Position numbers and translations under genes: made by a program
Source of the DNA: a virus
Taxonomy: Duplodnaviria; Caudoviricetes
Virus record (IMG/VR): IMGVR_UViG_3300050161_000057
Span: 1 to 36,260 of that record
Length of the DNA: 36,260 nucleotides
Strand: one strand, 5' to 3'
The notes under the pieces: model-generated
Seen by the model: only the letters and a program-made list of their open reading frames with translations
Databases searched by the model: none
Told to the model about the DNA's origin: nothing
In this document: positions 1 through 7,329 of the stretch, one piece after another
Numbering within the stretch: the first letter of the stretch is position 1
Layout of the letters: each line of letters opens with the position of its first letter

Positions 1-3
1 TTA

Positions 4-12
4 TGGTATAAT
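4..12 (+). promoter_or_regulatory. Extended -10 promoter TGGTATAAT, probably giving a leaderless transcript
   Basis: TGnTATAAT at 4-12 with ATG at 19, only 6 nt downstream, leaving no room for an RBS. The -35 region lies outside the window. Confidence 0.55.
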
Positions 13-18
13 GTTGGT

Positions 19-414
19 ATGAACCCACAACCATCAAACTTAGTAGGATTTTTAGGACTTGTCGCCTTTGCTGCGATGGTCCTATTTTACTTTCTCAAAG
101 AACTTAATTTTCCGACTAAACGTAAAAGTTTTTTAGATACAGTAGTAGACACCGACGATGTATACTTTCCAATTGGATATGTAATTGAGCAACCAAAGAA
201 GGTCGCTCCAAAACCTGCCAAACCTATCAAGGTAAAAACCTCTTCTAAACCAGCGACGATTAAACCTGATAATAAACTTTCATCAGACGCAGTATCTGGA
301 CTCATTAGTTTAGGCTATAAAGAAAAAGAAGCAAAGAAGGTAGTTGACTCCGTAATTAAAAAACACAATCCGTCTAGCGTGGAAGAACTAATCAGGAAAT
401 GTTTCGCTAGATGA
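19..414 (+). CDS. Membrane-anchored protein with RuvA C-terminal (domain III)-like domain
   Basis: N-terminal hydrophobic helix LVGFLGLVAFAAMVLFYFL and a K/P-rich linker. C-terminus SDAVSGLISLGYKEKEAKKVV...SVEELIRKC matches the RuvA domain III pattern (A..AL..LGY...EA...E.LIR). Confidence 0.7.
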   Translation: MNPQPSNLVGFLGLVAFAAMVLFYFLKELNFPTKRKSFLDTVVDTDDVYFPIGYVIEQPKKVAPKPAKPIKVKTSSKPATIKPDNKLSSDAVSGLISLGYKEKEAKKVVDSVIKKHNPSSVEELIRKCFAR

Positions 415-433
415 TAGCTCCAACTAATTTTTT

Positions 434-445
434 GTGTATAAATAG
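434..445 (+). promoter_or_regulatory. Putative phage promoter GTGTATAA(A)T
   Basis: GTGTATAAATAG lies in the gap before the HNH gene. The same GTGTATAA core occurs at 3472 and 9831. Confidence 0.5.
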
Positions 446-473
446 ATTGGCTCTAATAGGGGAGAATCTAATT

Positions 474-1001
474 ATGCCAAGAAAAATAGAAAAAGACTGG
501 GAAAAGTTGATTAAAGAAAATAGTAAATGTATACAACTAGAACCTTTTAAAACAACAAGACAAAAGATTAGTTTTCAATGTCATTGTGGCAACATCTTTA
601 AAACCACCGTATGTAAAGTTGGCTCTGGACATACATCTTCTTGTGGTTGTGCCAGAGGTAGACAGTTTCAAGGTGGAGAACTAATTTGCCAAGATTTCTA
701 TGGTAGATTAGCAAGAGGAGCCGAACAACGTAGTATCTCCGTTGAGATATCTATTTCTGACATAGAGAAGCAGTTAATAGCTCAAAATCTAAAATGTGCT
801 TTGACTGGACGAACTCTTATCTTTGGTAAAATCCCAATTGGTAAATATACAGCATCTGTTGATAGGATAGATAGCTCTAAGGGATATACAAAAGATAACA
901 TTCAAATATTACATAAGGACGTTAATCTATCTAAACAATCAATGTCCCAAGAAGACTTTATAACAATGTGTAAGGAAATCGCAGAGTGGAAAAAAAATTA
1001 A
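474..1001 (+). CDS. Free-standing HNH-type (homing) endonuclease
   Basis: CHCGN and SCGC Zn motifs, then KCALTG...SVDRIDSSKGYTKDNIQ...VN. Start moved from 411 to ATG 474, which has GGAG upstream. Confidence 0.8.
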   Translation: MPRKIEKDWEKLIKENSKCIQLEPFKTTRQKISFQCHCGNIFKTTVCKVGSGHTSSCGCARGRQFQGGELICQDFYGRLARGAEQRSISVEISISDIEKQLIAQNLKCALTGRTLIFGKIPIGKYTASVDRIDSSKGYTKDNIQILHKDVNLSKQSMSQEDFITMCKEIAEWKKN

Positions 1002-2065
1002 AGAATCTAAACCTTATGGCCCCTATAAACCAATTAGGATACGGTCACGTAGGTCTAGGAATTGCTAAATCTCTATCAGACAAATGTAATTTGTCTCTCT
1101 CTCCAATCGGTGGCATAGAGTTAACATCTGAAAAGGATGTTGATATCATTAGAACTGCCGTATCTAACTCAAAACTTCTAGACTTCGATGCCCCATGTAT
1201 CAGAATATGGCATCAGCATGATATGTCAACATTTATGGGCAGAGGCGAGAGAATAGGTTTTCCTATCTTCGAACTCGATAGCTTTACAGATGTAGAAAGG
1301 CATCATCTAGAATCTCTAGATAGAATCTTTGTAGCATCACAATGGGCTAAAGATGTAATCTGTAAGACCATTAACACAAGCGGAATTCATGTAAATGTTA
1401 TTCCCTTTGGGCAAAATGTTAGACTCAACAAGGCTAAATTCAATTCTATAGAGAAGGGTGCCCCTACTAAATTCTTTACATGTGGCAAGTGGGAGATTAG
1501 AAAGGGTCATGATATGCTTATAGGAGCATTTAATAAGGCTTTTGAAGATAAAGACAATGTAGAGCTACATATGATGTGTGATAATCCATTTCTAGACCAA
1601 GTGGATACCAAAAGGTGGAAGAATCGATACATAGAGTCCAAGCTAGGACACAAAGTTAGATTTATTTCTAGGGTAAAATCACACGAAGAGGTAATGTCTA
1701 TCATGGATGACATGGATTGTGGGGTATTTATATCTAGGGCGGAAGGTTGGAACCTTGAGTTACTAGAAATGATTTGTCGCGGAAAGCCTGTTATAGCAAC
1801 AAACTATTCAGGACATACCGAATTCTGTAACAAAAATAATGCCCTGCTTGTAGAAATTGACTCATTAGTCCCTGCTTTTGATGGTATTTGGTTCGATGGG
1901 AAAGGTGGCAACTGGGCAAACCTCGGAGAGAAACAGATAGATCAAGTAGTTGAGTATATGAGGGCGGTTCATAAGCAAAGATTCATAAACGATTTCGGAT
2001 TTAGCGAAACAAGAAACAAATTCACCTGGAATAACACAGCGACGGAGATACTCAAATATGTCTAA
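986..2065 (+). CDS. Glycosyltransferase, GT-B/GT4 family
   Basis: GKWEIRKGHD and AEGWNLELLE (EX7E) followed by GKPVIATNYSG. Confidence 0.88.
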   Translation: MEKKLKNLNLMAPINQLGYGHVGLGIAKSLSDKCNLSLSPIGGIELTSEKDVDIIRTAVSNSKLLDFDAPCIRIWHQHDMSTFMGRGERIGFPIFELDSFTDVERHHLESLDRIFVASQWAKDVICKTINTSGIHVNVIPFGQNVRLNKAKFNSIEKGAPTKFFTCGKWEIRKGHDMLIGAFNKAFEDKDNVELHMMCDNPFLDQVDTKRWKNRYIESKLGHKVRFISRVKSHEEVMSIMDDMDCGVFISRAEGWNLELLEMICRGKPVIATNYSGHTEFCNKNNALLVEIDSLVPAFDGIWFDGKGGNWANLGEKQIDQVVEYMRAVHKQRFINDFGFSETRNKFTWNNTATEILKYV

Positions 2066-2942
2066 CAATAATTTTAGAGAAGTTCTTTTTAATGAACTAA
2101 TAAGAAAAGAGCAGGAACTAGAAATTCCACAAGAAGAACCAAAAGTTAAAGATGATACAAGTATAAAGTACTCTATTATAGATGGCAAAGTGACTGAACC
2201 AAATCTAGTAATCAACATAGACGAAGAACACGGTGAGTCTATAGATCACTTAGCTACCATTCTTTCTAATATGGAGAAGGGAGACTTTGTACCACAGGTC
2301 TTGATGTATGTAGAAGCTGGTCTTATACAACAGAACAGACAAGAAGACTTCGTGAAACTTGTTTCCGCAATACAAGAGAAGAGAGATACAAGATCAGTGA
2401 CAGAAAGAAAACCAGTAATTAACCCATCGGAACTTGGCGATCCAACAGTTCTATTTGATTGTACACCTATTGAAAACAGATACCCCAAGAAGGTTGTGTG
2501 GGAAAAGTACGAGAATGTAGTAGATAAACAGATCGACGTATCTAAAAGAGTTAGGAATAGCCTATTCTTGATAGATAACGACGAAAGTGATATGTTCGCC
2601 CCATATAAAGACTCAGCAGAAAAAGCAATTGAAAGTCTGGCCGCTGGACAGGATGACGATGATGATGAAGCTGCATCTATGTTCATTCCGCCCAACATTA
2701 TGTCAGATATCAGAATGATGACAATCTTCGATTCTTGGATTTGCTATACTAACTTTGATATTACAAAGAAAGTTGCCGATAGAATCAACAGTTTCACAGG
2801 CGTAGAGCTATTCAAAGTATTAACTAGATATAGATTTCTAATCTCAGTTAGCAAAGCTTTTGAATGGCAGGAATTTATTAAGGACTTTAACCAGGAATTC
2901 GGAATCAACAATGAACAACAATCAGGCAGTAGCAGCAACTAA
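2058..2942 (+). CDS. Hypothetical phage protein with acidic tract, possibly two-domain
   Basis: 294-aa ORF overlapping both neighbours, with a DDDDDE tract and no recognised family. Confidence 0.75.
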   Translation: MSNNNFREVLFNELIRKEQELEIPQEEPKVKDDTSIKYSIIDGKVTEPNLVINIDEEHGESIDHLATILSNMEKGDFVPQVLMYVEAGLIQQNRQEDFVKLVSAIQEKRDTRSVTERKPVINPSELGDPTVLFDCTPIENRYPKKVVWEKYENVVDKQIDVSKRVRNSLFLIDNDESDMFAPYKDSAEKAIESLAAGQDDDDDEAASMFIPPNIMSDIRMMTIFDSWICYTNFDITKKVADRINSFTGVELFKVLTRYRFLISVSKAFEWQEFIKDFNQEFGINNEQQSGSSSN

Positions 2943-3471
2943 GACGATTACAGACGACGAAATTCTAGCGGTTTATAATGATAAAGACAACAAACTTATT
3001 ATGGGCAAAGCCGCAGTACCATTTTGTACAATTCTGACCCCAGATGAGATTGAATCCTGTAAGAAGAAAGCTATATGGAGGTCATTAATAAACTATAACC
3101 CTTCAATGAATACGAAATACGCTACCTATCTTTATAGGGGCGTTTTCCTTGAGTGCAGAAGCAGTGCTAGTTTTGTGATGAAACACAGGAAGAAATCGGT
3201 TAAGTCAAAAAAGAAGACTAAAGAAGTAAGGATTATTCAAATAGATAATCTTGGCTCTGACTTTGTAGTAAAAGAAACTCTTCCTATGGCCGATAAAGTC
3301 GCCCTAATGGAAGAAATCAACTCATTAGAAGATGGACATATCTTGATTGATTTTTACTTAAACGGTTTGTCTTACGATGAAATCGCTGTAAAAAACGGCA
3401 TTCAGAAGTCCGAAGTTACACAGAGAAAAAGCAAGGTTTTAAGAAAACTGAGAAAAAGTTTCTGTAAGTAG
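2911..3471 (+). CDS. Phage RNA polymerase sigma-70-family factor (regions 2 and 4)
   Basis: Region-2-like AIWRSLINYNPSMNTKYATYLY and region-4 HTH YLNGLSYDEIAVKNGIQKSEVTQRKSKVLRKLR. Start could be 2860 or 2911. Confidence 0.8.
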   Translation: MNNNQAVAATKTITDDEILAVYNDKDNKLIMGKAAVPFCTILTPDEIESCKKKAIWRSLINYNPSMNTKYATYLYRGVFLECRSSASFVMKHRKKSVKSKKKTKEVRIIQIDNLGSDFVVKETLPMADKVALMEEINSLEDGHILIDFYLNGLSYDEIAVKNGIQKSEVTQRKSKVLRKLRKSFCK

Positions 3472-3480
3472 GTGTATAAT
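3472..3480 (+). promoter_or_regulatory. Putative promoter GTGTATAAT
   Basis: Immediately follows the sigma gene stop. A second TATAAT sits at 3507-3512 and GGAGAG precedes ATG 3563. Confidence 0.6.
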
Positions 3481-3562
3481 CTAATAGGATAACAAGGAAC
3501 TCAACGTATAATATTTCAGGACATAGGAAATGAAAATCTAATGATTTTTGGAGAGACATACT

Positions 3563-4201
3563 ATGTCCGTAATGAAAGCGAAGAGTTCCGCTCCTGTTAG
3601 AAACAATGGTGGAACGGTAGTAAATGGTGGTTCTGTACAAGCAGGACCAGTTAGCAAGAATCTTTCTGTGAGAGATCTAAGTGCTACAAATTCTCAATAT
3701 GGCTCGAAACTGATTGAAAAGACAGGTTCAGCTTCTTCTACATCTGATCCCGAAGGCATCAAGAAAGCTAAGCCTTCCGGTACATTTGCTTACAGCCCAG
3801 AAAAAGCCGGTACTAGAAACTTTATTCTTAGAGCCGCTGGAACTGCATCTGCTGGTAAGATCAACGGAACTGCTACAAACCTTTTGAACACAACAGGCTC
3901 AGAGTTTGCCGGTGTTTCTAGAGGCAAGACTAATTCCAAGGTTAAAGAAACAAGAATTGGTGTGGATCAATATTCATATCCAGCAGTTTCTATTCCTAAC
4001 GGAACTAAGTATCCTGGTATTACAAGAGATTCCAACAGAGGTGTTGAATACAGCTTCCTATCTACAACAGATAATCAAGCTAACGCATCTGATAAGGTTC
4101 TAACAGCAAACAGAACAATTCCTGGTGAATTGACTTACAGAACTGGGGCACCAATGCCACAGACAACAAACATTCCTCCAAGAGATAGTGCAGAGGTATA
4201 A
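3563..4201 (+). CDS. Gly/Ser/Thr/Asn-rich hypothetical protein, possibly virion-associated
   Basis: Extended low-complexity composition with an RBS-like GGAGAG upstream. The virion role is inference. Confidence 0.75.
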   Translation: MSVMKAKSSAPVRNNGGTVVNGGSVQAGPVSKNLSVRDLSATNSQYGSKLIEKTGSASSTSDPEGIKKAKPSGTFAYSPEKAGTRNFILRAAGTASAGKINGTATNLLNTTGSEFAGVSRGKTNSKVKETRIGVDQYSYPAVSIPNGTKYPGITRDSNRGVEYSFLSTTDNQANASDKVLTANRTIPGELTYRTGAPMPQTTNIPPRDSAEV

Positions 4202-4203
4202 TT

Positions 4204-4473
4204 ATGGCTGAAAACGAAGCAGTCGGTGTAGTAAAAGTTTCTAAAGCCTTTTCGGTTAACATGGATGACGTAATGTCCGTACTTAAGAGTGCGGCTATGG
4301 TTGGAGCAGCAGCAGCATTGACTGCTATTGTCCAAAGTATCGGAAAGATTGAAATGGGAGAAAACATGGTTATTGTAATCCCTATGGTTACAATGGCTCT
4401 TAATGCCGCAGTGAAGTGGCTTAAGACAAGCGTTTATCCAACGAAAGATACAGTTGAAAATGTAAAACAATAA
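4204..4473 (+). CDS. Small two-helix membrane protein, holin-like
   Basis: 89 aa with hydrophobic segments SAAMVGAAAALTAIV and MVIVIPMVTMALNAAV and a charged C-tail. It directly precedes a hydrolase. Confidence 0.6.
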   Translation: MAENEAVGVVKVSKAFSVNMDDVMSVLKSAAMVGAAAALTAIVQSIGKIEMGENMVIVIPMVTMALNAAVKWLKTSVYPTKDTVENVKQ

Positions 4474-4485
4474 TAGGTAAAACAC

Positions 4486-5418
4486 ATGGGATTATCATTT
4501 GAGAATCCTAAGTCTCTATTAGAAGCATATAGCTCCGGTTTTACCGGAGCTTTTTGTGATAAAAGGGATTTAGATAAGTTGTTAGGTCAACTTCCTCACC
4601 CACTTTTTAGTGTTGCAGCAGATAATCTTGCTGGAACTGGTGAAGGTAAGATTAGTTTACCATTCAAATGTCTTATGAAGTTTGAACCAAACTTTGGTTC
4701 TTATGAAAGACAAGAGACTGGTGACTGCGTATCTCACGCTACCAGAAATGCCGTTGACGTAAGCCGAGCAGTAGAAATCTTTAATGGAGACAAAGAAGAT
4801 TTTATTCTGAGAGGTGCCACAGAAGGTATTTATGGATCGAGAGGTTTCACTGGTCAAGGTATGTCTTGCTCACAAGCGGCAAGATTCGTATCTACACAGG
4901 GCGGAATCCTTTTAAGAAAGAAATATGACTTTGCTGATCTAAGCCAATATAACCCACAAGTTGGAATGAACTGGGGTGGTAGAGGCGTTCCACAAAGCGT
5001 AATAACAGAAGCTTCTAAGCATCAAGTTAAAACCGTTAGTTTGATTCACTCAGTAGAAGCTGCCAGAGACGCTATTGCTAATGGATATGCCATTTCGGTA
5101 TGTTCAGATCAAGGTTTCTCAAGTACTAGAGATAAGAACGGTATAGCCAATGCCGAAGGTAATTGGGGTCATGCTATGGCATGGATTGGTTGCGATGACA
5201 GCAGAGAGATTTTCAACGAGATTCTTTTCCTAGTTCAGAACAGTTGGGGTCTATGGAACAATGGTCCAAAGAGACTCGGACAACCAGATGGTAGTTTCTG
5301 GATTAGAGAAAGCGTAGCCAGAAGAATGCTCGCTCAAGATGGTTCGTTTGTATTCAGTAATGTAGACGGTTTTGAGGCGAGAAAAGTAAACTGGAACTTA
5401 ATGGACGAAGGTGTCTAA
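4486..5418 (+). CDS. Papain-family (C1-like) cysteine peptidase
   Basis: QETGDCVSHA (oxyanion Gln, catalytic Cys), GHAMAWIG (His) and VQNSWG (Asn). Confidence 0.88.
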   Translation: MGLSFENPKSLLEAYSSGFTGAFCDKRDLDKLLGQLPHPLFSVAADNLAGTGEGKISLPFKCLMKFEPNFGSYERQETGDCVSHATRNAVDVSRAVEIFNGDKEDFILRGATEGIYGSRGFTGQGMSCSQAARFVSTQGGILLRKKYDFADLSQYNPQVGMNWGGRGVPQSVITEASKHQVKTVSLIHSVEAARDAIANGYAISVCSDQGFSSTRDKNGIANAEGNWGHAMAWIGCDDSREIFNEILFLVQNSWGLWNNGPKRLGQPDGSFWIRESVARRMLAQDGSFVFSNVDGFEARKVNWNLMDEGV

Positions 5419-6081
5419 ATGAAAAATCAAATCGTTTTAGTACTACTTGTAGCTATTAGTATTTTCTTCTTTATCCCAAAGAATGAAATGCTGAAAGATG
5501 CTAATGGTAAAGTTTTGAATGCTAATGTTGAAACTCTTTATCCAAAAATTAAAGAGAAATTTGATGAAGCAGAAGTAAAATTCTTACCGAAGGTAGAGAA
5601 AGATGTAGTCGTTGGTCCTGATAAGGATGCGGCTAAATGCGTATGCAAGGGAACTGGTAAGATTCTTCAAGGTGATGGTCACGTTACAGATTGTCCTTTC
5701 CACGGAAAGACAAAGAGACAAGAACCACTACCAGAAACTCAACCAGTAGTCGAAAAAGTTTCTTACAAAAAATACAACAATTCTGCTCAAAAGACTGAAC
5801 GTCAGATTATAATATTTGGGGCGGAATGGTGTGGACCCTGTAAGGCTTTTAAGAAAACAGTTGTTCCTGAACTTAAGAATCTAGGATTTGAAGTTTCCGA
5901 TAAAGTTTCGGCACATTTTAGAACTCTAGATGTCGATACAAACAGACAGTTCTACGACAGTGTAAGAGGGAATCTAAATTCCATTCCTATGTTTGTCGAA
6001 ATCGTAAACAATGTTGTGGTTAGCCGAGAAGCTAAAGCCTTTACTCTAGAACAAGTTCTAGAAAAATACACGGAGAAATAA
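5419..6081 (+). CDS. Exported/membrane-anchored thioredoxin with small Zn-finger-like motif
   Basis: N-terminal signal/anchor IVLVLLVAISIFFF, motif CVCKGTG...DCPFH, and canonical FGAEWCGPCK with downstream SIP cis-Pro loop. Confidence 0.85.
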   Translation: MKNQIVLVLLVAISIFFFIPKNEMLKDANGKVLNANVETLYPKIKEKFDEAEVKFLPKVEKDVVVGPDKDAAKCVCKGTGKILQGDGHVTDCPFHGKTKRQEPLPETQPVVEKVSYKKYNNSAQKTERQIIIFGAEWCGPCKAFKKTVVPELKNLGFEVSDKVSAHFRTLDVDTNRQFYDSVRGNLNSIPMFVEIVNNVVVSREAKAFTLEQVLEKYTEK

Positions 6082-6470
6082 TGAATACAATACAATTAAT
6101 CCTTTTAGGTCTTGGTGTTGTCATAGCTTTGGGTGCTTACGGTTCTACAATCGTTAAGTTCGCCCTATCAAAGCTTGGTAAGACAAGTCCTACACTTCCA
6201 CCAATAGTAGTTGATCTTCCTCACAAGATTGACTTCCCATCGATTGTTAATGAACCTGCTAGAGTTTCAACATCTACAGAATTTGCAGACATTGTTATTC
6301 AGTGGGAAAAACTAACTGATATGTTGATGGATGCAGATATGAAAGATTCCGCTAAAGAACTTAAGGATCTCTTAGTTCACATGGCACAAGAATACAAAAC
6401 AGATGCTCCAGTCGCCCCAGTTAAGAAAGAAGCCGCAAGCTTATTTGCTATACAATCATTAATGTCTTAA
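6081..6470 (+). CDS. Membrane protein, N-terminal TM helix
   Basis: IQLILLGLGVVIALGAYG, Pro-rich linker and helical C-domain. TAATG overlap with the upstream gene. Confidence 0.75.
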   Translation: MNTIQLILLGLGVVIALGAYGSTIVKFALSKLGKTSPTLPPIVVDLPHKIDFPSIVNEPARVSTSTEFADIVIQWEKLTDMLMDADMKDSAKELKDLLVHMAQEYKTDAPVAPVKKEAASLFAIQSLMS

Positions 6471-6480
6471 GGAGTTAAAA

Positions 6481-6948
6481 ATGGAAAAACATTTTAGATT
6501 TCTCCTTGGGATGGCTATAATAGTAGCATCCTTCTTTGCTCCAACAGTAGAGAAGATGCTAGTACCAGTAGAGCCTTCTGTAGCACAAGTTCTTAATATT
6601 CAAGAGCCAGACAAAGATATTCTAAAGATTGTTGAAGGTGCTGATAAAATAGTAACCAACAAACAAGACAAAGAAAAGATGGCTATGCTGAATTTTGAGT
6701 TTGCTCAAAGACTTAAAGGTTATGATTGCAAGCCAGAAGAAATGATTCAAGTTTGGAATCACGTAGCTAGATTCGTATCAGAAGGAAAATGGAAGGATAA
6801 ATATCCCGATCTATTTCCAACCTATACATCCAATATGATCCAATCAGTAACTACAGACGCTAATTCTGTAGTAACAGAAAAAGAAAAAGACCTTATTTCA
6901 GAAAAATTTAACGGCCTTTCGTGGGTTTTAGGTGACAAAGATGAATAG
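6481..6948 (+). CDS. Membrane-anchored/exported hypothetical protein
   Basis: AGGAG RBS and N-terminal FLLGMAIIVASFFA. Confidence 0.78.
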   Translation: MEKHFRFLLGMAIIVASFFAPTVEKMLVPVEPSVAQVLNIQEPDKDILKIVEGADKIVTNKQDKEKMAMLNFEFAQRLKGYDCKPEEMIQVWNHVARFVSEGKWKDKYPDLFPTYTSNMIQSVTTDANSVVTEKEKDLISEKFNGLSWVLGDKDE

Positions 6949-7246
6949 AGACTTTGCCGCAATGGAAGTAGATGCTAATAAAGAGTTTGGGCAAGATAAA
7001 GTTAAATCTAAACTTGCCAAGAGAGCAATTGAATTAGCTAAAGAGTGGGATACAACATCTTTTGGTTCAGAAGATGAAAGCGTAGATGACAAGAAAGCTA
7101 GATGCTCAGAGTATATTCACGAAAAGCTAATGGCAGAAAAGGGAAACTATGGTTTCATTGGGGCGTTGATTGGGTCAGTCCTATTCTCGCTTTTGGTTCA
7201 ATTGATTGTAAGATGGATTATGAACAGATTCTTCCCAGACAAGTAA
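6941..7246 (+). CDS. Hypothetical protein with C-terminal TM helix
   Basis: YGFIGALIGSVLFSLLVQLIVRWI near the C-terminus. ATG 6941 preferred over GTG 6932. Confidence 0.72.
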   Translation: MNRDFAAMEVDANKEFGQDKVKSKLAKRAIELAKEWDTTSFGSEDESVDDKKARCSEYIHEKLMAEKGNYGFIGALIGSVLFSLLVQLIVRWIMNRFFPDK

Positions 7247-7272
7247 GCATTTGATAAATTATAATATTACAG

Positions 7273-7305
7273 AGGGGGTGTACCTTAAACACCCCCTTAT
7301 TTTTT
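7273..7305 (+). terminator. Rho-independent terminator
   Basis: Perfect 9-bp stem AGGGGGTGT/ACACCCCCT, 7-nt loop, then TATTTTTT. Confidence 0.85.
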
Positions 7306-7329
7306 CGACTTTTTCAAGAATTATAAAGA

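Noticed and set aside
437-444. T4-type late promoter TATAAATA
   Set aside because: Only one intergenic instance was noticed, it is better explained by the GTGTATAA family, and the sigma here has a region 4 unlike T4 gp55.
4197-4202. TATAAT at the 4201/4204 gene junction, and intragenic copies near 11988 and 12532
   Set aside because: They overlap a stop codon or coding sequence and are expected by chance in AT-rich DNA.
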